DNA of 64,000 nt, taken from Alphaproteobacteria bacterium (lineage in GTDB: Bacteria; Pseudomonadota; Alphaproteobacteria; UBA8366). The translations under genes were made by a program, and so were the position numbers. This document shows positions 19,686-29,069 of the stretch, piece by piece; within the stretch, counting starts at the first letter, position 1; every line of letters begins with the position of its first letter. Under the pieces are notes generated by a model. That model worked only from the letters and a program-made list of their open reading frames with translations, had not been told where the DNA came from and ran no database searches. The stretch is from contig JBMYRC010000003.1 in assembly GCA_049601975.1 (NCBI GenBank), positions 11,665 through 75,664 of the forward strand. Direction: 5' to 3'.

Positions 19686-21392
19686 TCAGGCGTTCTGTGG
19701 CCCCCGCACCAGACGGCCTGGATATCGGCCCGTCGACTCACCGTTGCGATAGACAGGCACGCCGGAGACGATTGTTGCCTCGAAGCCAACGGACTTTTGG
19801 ATTAACCGACGCCCACTGCTCGGCAGGTCATAGGCGACCTGCGGATATCCCAACGCCAATCGGTCGTAATCGATCACGTTGATATCCGCCTTGAAACCGG
19901 GCTTGAGCTGGCCTCGGTCATTCAGGCCGATGGCCTGCGCATTGTCGTTGGTGATGCGTTTGACGGCCCAGGACAGCTCAACCTTGTCGCCGCGCGTCCG
20001 GTCTCGCGTCCAATGGGTCAACATATAAGCCATCGACGAGGCGTCACAGAGCACGCCCACATGCGCGCCCCCATCGCCTAGACTGACCAACGTGTTTGGA
20101 TGCTTCATCATCTCGCCGACCGTGTTCAGGTCGCCGTAGGCGTAATTGCTCAGCGGGCGATAGAGGATCCGTTTGCCGTTCTTCTCCAGCAGAGTTTCGT
20201 AAACTAGTTCTTCCGGATCGCGCCCCTCGCGCTTTGCTCGTGCCGCGATGCTTTGATCGGCCGGAGGCTCATAGTCCGGTGTCTCACCGTCCCATGGGAA
20301 AATTCGCCCGTAGTTCGAAACCCTTCCCGCCAGCTTCTTCGTTGGGCAGGTCTCCGACATAACCTGTTTGCGGAATTCGGGATCACGTAAATGCACCAGC
20401 TTCTCGTCGAGCGTCAGATGCGCGATCTTCTCCCAACTTGGACGACCCGAGAACGGGTTGAGTGAGATTTCAAATCCAAGCAGAATACCCGTCGGGCGGG
20501 TCAACACCTGACCTTTGATATCCGCACCGTTGGCATTGGCGTCAACTATGCCAGACATCAAACCTCGCCAGAGTTCCGGGCGGCTATCGCGCTGCAGGAT
20601 CGTGATCGCCATCGGCCGTTTGGCTCGGTTGCTGATTCGCTTCAGCATCGCGAATTCCTCGTCCGGCTCGTCGAAATCGGAGATCACTTGTATCCATCCG
20701 GAGCCAGCTTCGCCGACGGCCTCACCGATAACCGCGAGCTCTTCCTCCGCCGCCCGCAAGGTCGGCGTGTGTTCGCCTGCCAAGGTGCGGTGATTGATCG
20801 TCCGCGAGGTTGAAAACCCAAGCGCCCCCGCCTTGATACCGGCCGCGGCGATACGGCCCATCTCGATGCGCTCCTCCGGCGTCGCCTGCTCATGGCGCAC
20901 CGCGCGCGCGCCCATGACATAGGTACGAACGGCCGCATGCGGGACCTGCGTCACCACATCAAGGTCGTATTCCCGCCCATCGAGGGAATCCATGTATTCG
21001 TCAAAACTCTCCCAATTCCACGGCAGGCCTTCGGTCAATACGACTTCCGGAATGTCTTCCACACCTTCCATCAGCTTGACCAGGAGATCGCGCTGGTCAG
21101 GCTTGCAGGGCGCGAAGCCAACGCCGCAATTGCCGACCATCACCGTGGTCACTCCATTCCATGACGAAGGTGAGATCGAATTGCTCCAGGTTATTTGGGC
21201 ATCGTAGTGGGTGTGCGGATCGACGAAGCCCGGCGTGACGATCTTGCCGGTGGCGTCAATTTCCTCGTCGCCTTTCGACAGGTTCGGTCCAATCGCTGAT
21301 ATCTTGCCGTCGACGATCGCGATGTCCGCTTCGACCGGTTCGCCGCCCAAACCATCGATGATCGTGCCACCGCGTATGACCAAATCCGCCAT
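19686..21392 (-). CDS. N-acyl-D-amino-acid deacylase family amidohydrolase
   Basis: PGFVDPHTHYDAQ, GVTTVMVGNCGVGFAP, DGGAHV, ADINVID. Confidence 0.9.
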   Translation of the reverse strand: MADLVIRGGTIIDGLGGEPVEADIAIVDGKISAIGPNLSKGDEEIDATGKIVTPGFVDPHTHYDAQITWSNSISPSSWNGVTTVMVGNCGVGFAPCKPDQRDLLVKLMEGVEDIPEVVLTEGLPWNWESFDEYMDSLDGREYDLDVVTQVPHAAVRTYVMGARAVRHEQATPEERIEMGRIAAAGIKAGALGFSTSRTINHRTLAGEHTPTLRAAEEELAVIGEAVGEAGSGWIQVISDFDEPDEEFAMLKRISNRAKRPMAITILQRDSRPELWRGLMSGIVDANANGADIKGQVLTRPTGILLGFEISLNPFSGRPSWEKIAHLTLDEKLVHLRDPEFRKQVMSETCPTKKLAGRVSNYGRIFPWDGETPDYEPPADQSIAARAKREGRDPEELVYETLLEKNGKRILYRPLSNYAYGDLNTVGEMMKHPNTLVSLGDGGAHVGVLCDASSMAYMLTHWTRDRTRGDKVELSWAVKRITNDNAQAIGLNDRGQLKPGFKADINVIDYDRLALGYPQVAYDLPSSGRRLIQKSVGFEATIVSGVPVYRNGESTGRYPGRLVRGPQNA

Positions 21393-21464
21393 TGTACCTA
21401 TCCTTATTCCATGGTGCCGTAATTATGATTTAGTGCGGTTTCCGCGCGGCACTATGGCAAAAAA

Positions 21465-22691
21465 TTATGCGCGACGCTGACTGCAACTTAAAATCACCAA
21501 CGCTGCCGCAAGTTCAAACCCCGCGGCAATTCCAAGAACGGACCCATATCCGCCGAAAGATTCAAACAGCGCCCCATAGAAGGCCGGCCCGAACGCCGAG
21601 CAAAACTGGATTGCAGTGCCTGCGACACCATACATCGTGGCAAAATCGACGGCGCCGAATTCTCTTCTGACGACGATGGGCGAGAGCGTTGTTATTTGTC
21701 CTAGGCAAAATCCATAAACCAAGCTGCCGAGGATCAGAATGAGATCCGAAGCAAACACGGAAATCGCACCGAGCGCCGCGACCTGCACGAGAAAAACACC
21801 TGCGCTATAGCGGCGCGGGTCGAGCCGGTCGACAACCTTCGCCAACAATAGTCGACCCAATAAACCCGCGAGTCCGGTCGCACCGATAAGCCATCCCGCG
21901 CCGACCGAGCCCAATGAGGGCAATGCGAGTGCGAAATGATGGCTCAAAAATCCGACCTGTACGATCAACCCCAGCGAAAACGCAATTGCCACGCTCCATA
22001 AGGCCCAGGATCGACGACTGACGACCGCTTTAGTGGATGTGTGCCTATCCGCGATTACTCCGTGCGGCTCGCATTTGCCCGGCGACCCATCCTTCCCCAA
22101 ACCAAGCTCGCCTGGTCCGCGAAACCTGAATACCACTAGGCTCAACGGCAGCATAAAAACGACAACCAAGAGTGCCGATAGCATAGTGGCCTCGGCAAAT
22201 CCCCAGCGCGCAATGGCCATGACCAAGAGAGGGACGACCACCATTGCGCCGACGCTTGCCCCCGTCAGCGCTAATGTGATGCTGCGGCCTTGATACCGCT
22301 CAAACCAGGGGGCGATTGTCGTACTTAACCCGGCCACAGACATCGTCGCATATCCAACACCCATGCAGGCGAAAGCCGCAAACAATTGCCATAGCGCCTC
22401 CAAACGTCCGACCGCAACTATTCCGGCGCCCAGCAGCAGCGCGCCTCCGCTTATTACATATCGAGGCCCAAACCTGCTAATCCCGGCGCTAACCGCTGGA
22501 AGGACAATCGCATTGGTCAGAAAAAAGACGGTTATGGCGGCGGAGACGATGGACGTCGGCCAAACATGCGCGCGCGTGATCTCGCTGAGATAGACGCTCG
22601 AGCCAAAAACTCCGAAACCCCACGTAAACACGGCCGCAACGAAACAAACGCCAACCACGCGCCATCCATGAAACATTCGGATTATTTCCAA
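21465..22691 (-). CDS. MFS transporter
   Basis: About 12 hydrophobic segments; ISRFGPR and VDRLDPRR motif-A-like loops. Confidence 0.88.
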   Translation of the reverse strand: MEIIRMFHGWRVVGVCFVAAVFTWGFGVFGSSVYLSEITRAHVWPTSIVSAAITVFFLTNAIVLPAVSAGISRFGPRYVISGGALLLGAGIVAVGRLEALWQLFAAFACMGVGYATMSVAGLSTTIAPWFERYQGRSITLALTGASVGAMVVVPLLVMAIARWGFAEATMLSALLVVVFMLPLSLVVFRFRGPGELGLGKDGSPGKCEPHGVIADRHTSTKAVVSRRSWALWSVAIAFSLGLIVQVGFLSHHFALALPSLGSVGAGWLIGATGLAGLLGRLLLAKVVDRLDPRRYSAGVFLVQVAALGAISVFASDLILILGSLVYGFCLGQITTLSPIVVRREFGAVDFATMYGVAGTAIQFCSAFGPAFYGALFESFGGYGSVLGIAAGFELAAALVILSCSQRRA

Positions 22692-22693
22692 TC

Positions 22694-23016
22694 CTAACTT
22701 GAGCTACTGAACTTCAACCCGACAACACCGGCGACGATCAGAAAGATGCTGGCGAATTTCAGCATCGTCGCCGCTTCCTTGGAATACAGGATGCCGATCA
22801 GCGCGGACAGCGCCGTGCCGACACCCGACCGCACAGCATAGGCGACGCTAATCTCGATCTTTGTGATAGAGAACGTTAGTACGACAAAAGATGCGGCATA
22901 GAAAAAATAAATATGGACGGCCATAACTTGGTAAAACCATCCGGCAACTTCATATATGATGCCCCAAAGACCTCCAAAAGAATGCCAATACTAATTACTA
23001 TCCAGTATTTTAACAT
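22694..23016 (-). pseudogene. SMR-family (EmrE/SugE-like) transporter, frameshifted
   Basis: N-terminal ILLEVFG...MKLPDGFTKLWPS and C-terminal AYAVRSGVGTA...LIVAGVVGL are in different frames, with the shift near 22900-22915. Confidence 0.75.
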
Positions 23017-23024
23017 TTATACAC

Positions 23025-23336
23025 TTACTTTATAAACTGTTTTACTTCGAACGTTTCACGAGTTCGAACAACTTTACCTTCCCAATGACGGTCGAATTCT
23101 TTGACGAATTCCTTAATTAAATCTGAGTTAAGTATGCCATTCGCCGCCGCGAGATCGGGAAATTCGTAGAATGCGAGATGCACGCCAGGGTCCACATCGC
23201 TCCAACCGCGCATGGCGCTGACGGCATTAAAATCGCGAAGTGCGTCAGGTAGATGCTCAGTCTCATACCAATGGTCGAAACTTTCGCGGCTGGCTTCTTC
23301 AACTTCGGCGCGGACGATCAGATAGGCTGACATCAT
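23025..23336 (-). CDS. Hypothetical protein (possible dimeric alpha-beta barrel, EthD-like)
   Basis: FDHWYETEHLPD motif; AGGAG RBS. Confidence 0.7.
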   Translation of the reverse strand: MMSAYLIVRAEVEEASRESFDHWYETEHLPDALRDFNAVSAMRGWSDVDPGVHLAFYEFPDLAAANGILNSDLIKEFVKEFDRHWEGKVVRTRETFEVKQFIK

Positions 23337-23555
23337 TTACTCCTAGATTCAAAAACTCTGGCCCTGAGTCTAATAAATCGGACCCTCCATCCGAATGCAA
23401 ATTTCTACAGAATCTCGATCGTCATTTTACCGGCAAAGGTTAAGATCTCACTTTAGGTTGAGACAATATTTCACCCGTTAAATTTGCCTAGAAGAAGGTT
23501 TACTTTTAAGAATAAATAGAGCGAGAGATTCATCATTCGTTAGGGCGCTAAAAAT

Positions 23556-24034
23556 TTGCCAGATGGAATCTGGGCTGGCGAACCTTTCATAAATTGCGTT
23601 CCAGAGGATGGTAACCAGCGACTCAAGGCTCTTTTTGCCTATTGGGTAACGCTCAGTAAGGCAGCGAACCTCCCACGACGAACTGACTTTGACCCCACCG
23701 AAGTCCCTCGGTTGCTTGCAAAAATAGCGCTTCAAGACGTCGTCCGAGACCCCATTCGCTTTAGATACCGATTGATGGGAAGTGACGTAATTTAATTACG
23801 GGAATCTAACCACACCGGCCGATGGCTATACGAAATTTATCCAAACTTTGAACAGTCCATAACCTACAAGCGCCTTGTCACTGTTGTAGAGGAACGGCTA
23901 TCCATTTGGTGTATTGGCCAGCCGACCCACCATTAAAGAAGCGAATTCCGGCTCCGCGAATTACTTCATCTACCCTTTGCCGACGATGGCAAACCCGTCG
24001 ACACGCTTATAACTGCCGTTCTCGTTCACCAATA
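23556..24034 (+). pseudogene. PAS-domain protein remnant
   Basis: LFAYW...LPRRTDFDP.EVPRLL...RFRYRLMG, stop at 23795, then TGRWL.E and LHLPFADDGKPVD continuing. Confidence 0.7.
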
Positions 24035-24119
24035 ATTTTCGGCACGTAAGGGTTGTCCACCATTTTAATACCGGCATAGTTTATTATTCAGGAACTAGAC
24101 ACCGTATCGGAGCTACGCC

Positions 24120-25199
24120 ATGCCGCTCGACAATGCTCGTATTCATGACGTGCCGAACGACTTGCTCGCCGCGATCGACTATTGTTTTGAGCAAGGCTGG
24201 ACGGACGGTCTTCCGGTCGTCCCGCCAAGCGTCGGGCGGGTCGAGGAGATGTTGCAATACGAGGGACGTCCGCCCGAGACCGTGATCGCGAGCCATCCAG
24301 CGACCGGATTCGAGTGCACAGTCCACGCAGCAGCGGTCAACGCCGTGATGGCCGGCTGTAGGCCGGAATACTTCCCAGTCGTCGTCGCAGCCTTGGAAGC
24401 GATGAACGAGCCCGACTTCAACTTTCACGGATCAACGGCGAGTACCGGTGGATCGGCTCCGCTGATGATCGTCAGCGGACCGATGGCGGACGACCTTGGT
24501 ATGAATTCAGACGTTAATCTGTTCGGCCCAGGCAACCGCGCAAACGCCACCATGGGCCGCGCGGTGCGATTGATCCTCATGAACGTATTCCGGATGATCC
24601 CGGGTGTGTCGGACAAATCGACCCAAGGTCACCCGGGTAAATTCACCTTCTGCATTGCGGAGCGCAGCCGCGGTAATCCCTGGCCTCTGCTAGTGGAGGA
24701 TCAAGGTTATCCGCAAGGTGTCAGCAGCGTCACCGTCCTCGCGGGCGGCGGTTTTTGCAATGTAGAGAACCACGGCGGCAATACCCCAGGGCAGGTGTTG
24801 GGCGCGGTCGCAGACGCGATGGCAAATTATGGCTGCATCACGCTTGGCCAATCGGCTGTCGTCCTGGCGCCGGAACATGTACGGGTTATCGAAGCTGCTG
24901 GATGGAGTAAGACTCAGGTAAAGGAATTCTTGTTCAGTCGGGCCTATCGCACGGTCGACGGCATGAAGTCCGTCGGCAAATACCGCCAGCGGGAATACGA
25001 CAAACAACATGCGGATGGCGGCACGCATCCCCTGGTAAAGGACGGCCAATTGCACCGGGGCCTAACACCCGACGATATTCTGGTGGTCATGGGCGGCGGC
25101 GATGCGGGCGGACATTCCTGCTTTATTCCGTCCTGGAGCCGTGCCCGATCTTCCTTAATGCAGTCGAAGCCCATCGGCGTCTGCATTGACTGCGATTGA
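24120..25199 (+). CDS. Uncharacterised protein with GWTDGLPVVPP motif and C-terminal CxxC; putative partner of the UGSC selenoprotein
   Basis: 359-aa ORF with AVNAVMAGCRPEY and GPGNRANATMGRA, ending VCIDCD; 17 bp upstream of the next gene. Confidence 0.85.
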   Translation: MPLDNARIHDVPNDLLAAIDYCFEQGWTDGLPVVPPSVGRVEEMLQYEGRPPETVIASHPATGFECTVHAAAVNAVMAGCRPEYFPVVVAALEAMNEPDFNFHGSTASTGGSAPLMIVSGPMADDLGMNSDVNLFGPGNRANATMGRAVRLILMNVFRMIPGVSDKSTQGHPGKFTFCIAERSRGNPWPLLVEDQGYPQGVSSVTVLAGGGFCNVENHGGNTPGQVLGAVADAMANYGCITLGQSAVVLAPEHVRVIEAAGWSKTQVKEFLFSRAYRTVDGMKSVGKYRQREYDKQHADGGTHPLVKDGQLHRGLTPDDILVVMGGGDAGGHSCFIPSWSRARSSLMQSKPIGVCIDCD

Positions 25200-25216
25200 T
25201 TGTAAGGAGAGACGAC

Positions 25217-25741
25217 ATGCAACTTTACGACCCCACCGTCACGGGACCGGAGCGGAATTTCGCCCGCGCGGCTACCGTCGGCGATCTTGATGGCAAAACC
25301 ATCGGCATCCTTGAGAACGGCAAGCTGAACGCCGTCAATATGCTACGGGAGACCGCCATCTTGTTCGAGCAACGCCACGGCTGCACCATCGCGCCGGTCT
25401 ATTCTAAGTCGAATGCCAGCGCGCCTGCCCCCGGCGACATGCTCGAAGTTGCGGCCAAGGAGGTTGATTTCCTGATTACCGGGCTCGGCGATTGAGGGAG
25501 CTGTTCGACGTGCAGTTTGCATGACGGTATCAGCTTCGAACAATTGGGAAAACGGGCTGTGGTACTCTGCACCGAACCATTCGAAGTAACCGCGCAGAAT
25601 ATTGCCCGTATGCTGGGCCTGCCGGAATATCCCTTCGTTATGGTGGAGCACCCGATCGGCAGCCGCACATTGGACGAAATCAAAGTCCTGGCCGAAGCGG
25701 CATATGAGCAGGCGCTCCCGATATTGAGTGGGCAAACGTAA
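25217..25741 (+). CDS. UGSC-type selenoprotein (in-frame UGA read as selenocysteine), 174 aa
   Basis: AAGGAG RBS at 25204 and ATG at 25217. TGA at 25493-25495 is followed in frame by GSCSTCSLHD, open to TAA at 25741. Confidence 0.85.
25496..25525 (+). promoter_or_regulatory. Candidate bacterial SECIS hairpin
   Basis: GAGCUGU and GCAGUUU can pair (several G-U pairs) around UCGACGU just 3' of the UGA. Folded by eye only. Confidence 0.45.
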
Positions 25742-25746
25742 GTCCG

Positions 25747-25770
25747 AATCCTCTCCCGCGAGGGGGATTT
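25747..25770. terminator. Hairpin between convergent genes
   Basis: AATCCTCT...GGGGGATT imperfect stem followed by a short T run. Confidence 0.4.
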
Positions 25771-25777
25771 CTTAAAG

Positions 25778-27352
25778 CTACAGAGGTGCGAGGCGGAACG
25801 AATCGCGCTCCTGTTGATCTAGTTGATCGACTAAGCCGATTTCCCAATCGAGATAGGCATGCGCCGCTGCCGGGTCGCCGCCGTTGGGATTGTTGCGGTG
25901 CTGCCAGTGATACACCAATTTGATACCGTCTGCATCCGATGGCTCATTTGGTGTGGCGACGATCTTAAGACCCGCTTCCCGCCACGCAGTCTCATCGCCC
26001 GACAGCTGTTGGACATTCGTGATGCCCAATTCTCCAAGCCGCTGAGCCGCGAGCGCGGCGATGCCGTCATCGGAGGTGATCAGGACGACCGGCTTTTCCA
26101 CAGTCAGGCCGAGCCCCTCAAATCTCGGCCGGATCGACCATGTCGCTCCCTCGATGTGTCCCGCGCGATAGGCACGGGGCGAACGCAGGTCCACAAGTTG
26201 GGCATTCCCGAGTTGGTCTTTTGCCGCCGCGGCGACCGGCTCTACTCCGAAAGTCGAGACCTCGGGTATCGCGACGCCGCGCATGGCATCGACGCCGCCG
26301 CGTAAGATCGCGACATCGTAGCCGATCTGATGGATCCAGTTCGCCATCATCGGCGCCCGAATCATCTCGTTGTCCATGACGATCACGCGACCGCCGCGCA
26401 CGCCGACCCAGAGGTCGATGCCTTGCACCAGTTGCCCGCCGAGCGCGTGGCGGCTGCCCGGGATTCCGTCAGCCTCAAATTCCTCATCGCTTCGAACATC
26501 GATCAGATAAGTCGAGCGTGTCGTATCCGCGAGCCAAGCGGCGGCTTCTTCTGGCTCCACAAATTTTAGGCCCGTCTTTGCCGCACGCGCTTCGGCCCGC
26601 TCGCGCAACGGTGCCAGTTTTGCCTCCGATGTCGGCGCATCCGGATAAGTGCGGGTCGCCCCTTCTTCGCGCTGGAGCCCCGCGAGGAACCAGCCCTGTG
26701 TCCCGTTCTCAAGCGCATAGACCGGGTTGGGGAGGCCAAAAGCCCTGAGCGTCTCTGCCCCCAGAATCGAGCGGGTGCGCCCGGCGCAGTTCACGATGAT
26801 CGTCGTTTCCGGATTCGTTACCAATTCGCCGATGCGCAAGGTCGATTCACCGTTCGGACAGCAAATCCCACCGGGAATATTGAAGTTGTTGTATTCTCCG
26901 TAGGGTCGGCTATCGACGATGATATGGTTCGGGTTTTCCGCCTTCAGCGCCATGACTTGTTCGGACGTCAAGTTCGGCGTGTGATTGCCGATCTCCAAAA
27001 GTTCGCCGAACGTCTTACTCGGCAAGTGTTCGCCCTTATAGAGCGTATATCCGGCGGCACCCCAGGCAGCCGCACCTCCCGCCATGATGGACACTTTGGT
27101 ATACCCTAACGCTTCGGCGCGCGCCGCCGCAAGCCCGGCGATACCGTCATCATTATCATAGAGGACCATGCGGACGACGAGTGCCGGCGCCAACTCGACA
27201 AGCCGCACCTCGAAATTACTGTAAGGAACCGATACAGCGAAAAACGGATGACCGTCGCCGAATTGACCACCCTCGCGAACATCAAAGAAAGCGATCTCCT
27301 TGCCGTCGGACAACATGTCCCTAACCACGCTCGCCTCTACCATTGTCACCAT
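25778..27352 (-). CDS. Multi-domain rhodanese/sulfurtransferase
   Basis: Four repeats beginning DVRE, DSRP, DVRS, DLRS with GH/HI.G motifs; catalytic loop CAGRTRS. Confidence 0.88.
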   Translation of the reverse strand: MVTMVEASVVRDMLSDGKEIAFFDVREGGQFGDGHPFFAVSVPYSNFEVRLVELAPALVVRMVLYDNDDGIAGLAAARAEALGYTKVSIMAGGAAAWGAAGYTLYKGEHLPSKTFGELLEIGNHTPNLTSEQVMALKAENPNHIIVDSRPYGEYNNFNIPGGICCPNGESTLRIGELVTNPETTIIVNCAGRTRSILGAETLRAFGLPNPVYALENGTQGWFLAGLQREEGATRTYPDAPTSEAKLAPLRERAEARAAKTGLKFVEPEEAAAWLADTTRSTYLIDVRSDEEFEADGIPGSRHALGGQLVQGIDLWVGVRGGRVIVMDNEMIRAPMMANWIHQIGYDVAILRGGVDAMRGVAIPEVSTFGVEPVAAAAKDQLGNAQLVDLRSPRAYRAGHIEGATWSIRPRFEGLGLTVEKPVVLITSDDGIAALAAQRLGELGITNVQQLSGDETAWREAGLKIVATPNEPSDADGIKLVYHWQHRNNPNGGDPAAAHAYLDWEIGLVDQLDQQERDSFRLAPL

Positions 27353-27427
27353 GATTTTCGCTCCTCATTTTTATCGGACCCACGACAGAGACGCCGCTAA
27401 ATTGTCGGAATAACCCGAGCAATTCCG

Positions 27428-28396
27428 CTATTTGGGCTTCTCCGCACTGCTGGGCTTATCGTCAACCGAATACCCTTGTCTCGATGCCCGTTTCCACCAT
27501 TTATTCGCAATATCCTCATCCGCACGAACGCCCTGTCCCTTATAATACATCAATCCCAGACTGTGCTGCGCGTGGGCATGTCCATATTCGGCAGCCTTCG
27601 TGAACCACCTGAGCGCCGCTCCATAATTCTGCGGAAGACCTTGTCCGTCGTAATACATGCGCGCCAGATTGTACTGCGCGCGAACATCCCCCTGAACGGC
27701 CGCTCGTATGTACCACTTCTCCGCCATCTGCGGGTCCTTTGGGACGCTTTTTCCCGCTTGATACAACAACGCCATATTGTATTGGGCGTTCGCGTCCCCC
27801 TGTTCAGCGGCAAGTTCATATTCCGGTCGTTTGATGCCATACAGTTTCGCTAATACGATATCTTTTCTTTGTTCAAATACTCTTTTAAAAACATTCAGTT
27901 TTTCAGCTTTAGAATAACGATCATCAATACTCATGTATTCTTTTGATTTAATTTTTAAATACAACTCTTCTAAAATACTCAATTTAATGCCTGTTACTGG
28001 ATGTTTTATTTCATCTATAGGAGAGTTTATGCCTTTAATTAAATTTTCATACTGTTCTTTATTCAAAGAAACACGATGTTGCTTATAATTAGGCATGTCG
28101 AAGGAAAAACTTAAGTACGACATTTCCTTTTCAACATCAGATATCATTTCTTTCGTTAGCGACTTTGAATCCAGTTCGCTCCATTGAATCGGATCCTTTA
28201 GCTTATTCACTATCACGCAAAAAATTGAGCAATCCGGGCTTGCCCGCCCCCAAGGTGCGATAATGGCAATGCCCAATCCACCACCGACAACTGCCACTAA
28301 AGCCAACAATACCAAAAATGTTCTGATGCCCTTTAGAACATCAACCCATACCGGTTCGCCCAGAGCGTTGACGTTTCTATCGTTTGAATTTGCCAT
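27428..28396 (-). CDS. Membrane-anchored Sel1-like repeat protein
   Basis: N-terminal TM helix; three AA.QG..AQYNL..Y..G.GV repeats at the C-terminus. Confidence 0.85.
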   Translation of the reverse strand: MANSNDRNVNALGEPVWVDVLKGIRTFLVLLALVAVVGGGLGIAIIAPWGRASPDCSIFCVIVNKLKDPIQWSELDSKSLTKEMISDVEKEMSYLSFSFDMPNYKQHRVSLNKEQYENLIKGINSPIDEIKHPVTGIKLSILEELYLKIKSKEYMSIDDRYSKAEKLNVFKRVFEQRKDIVLAKLYGIKRPEYELAAEQGDANAQYNMALLYQAGKSVPKDPQMAEKWYIRAAVQGDVRAQYNLARMYYDGQGLPQNYGAALRWFTKAAEYGHAHAQHSLGLMYYKGQGVRADEDIANKWWKRASRQGYSVDDKPSSAEKPK

Positions 28397-28708
28397 ATTT
28401 CATGGATTCACCCGACTACGAGTGAACTCTTTCATTGGTGGTTGGAGTAGTCGTTCGTCAATTTCCCGTCGGGAATGTTCGAGCTTATGCCAACATATAG
28501 GCACGGCTTCATAATACCTCTAGAGTTATCTAGTTCGAAGCTCGATCGTTAAACACCCTTCATCAGAACAAGACTTGGTTACTAAACGTTTTCATCGAGC
28601 CAAATAGATTACCCAATGCCATATCCGCGAAGGCGAAAATCTTTTAGACCTATTTGGGACACAGGCGGCGATATTAACTTATTGATTTCTTTATTTATAT
28701 TACAGAAA

Positions 28709-28855
28709 TCACTCCCACTTGATCCTATCCGGGGGCCGCTAGGTTATATCGTAAGTCACACGGTTGATACCACAGAGCTCATTGATGATGCGTTTGGCCC
28801 TACGTCCTAAGAATTCGTGATCGAAGGGGAAGTAGTCCGCCGTCTTCCCATCGCC
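28709..28855 (-). mobile_element. Decayed duplicate of the guaA 3' end (att-like scar of an island integrated at guaA)
   Basis: Translates as [46 protein letters not shown], versus Gua[48 protein letters not shown]. Confidence 0.8.
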
Positions 28856-29069
28856 GGCGGAGTCCAATTAGTTGCAACTCATTCCCGTTAGATCATTTCA
28901 CCCATAATTTCCCAAAGAGATTGATTGGTGTTTTTTTATTGAATATTTCTTATATAATTTAAATAATAATTAAAACACTTATTGTTATTAAATAATAATT
29001 GAAACAAAAATATAATATATATTACATATTGTTATTATTTATCACTTATTATTATTTTTATAAAATCCT

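Noticed and set aside
28500-28660. Possible integrase N-terminal remnant after the guaA copy
   Set aside because: Only a faint ELRTR peptide among stop codons; insufficient evidence.
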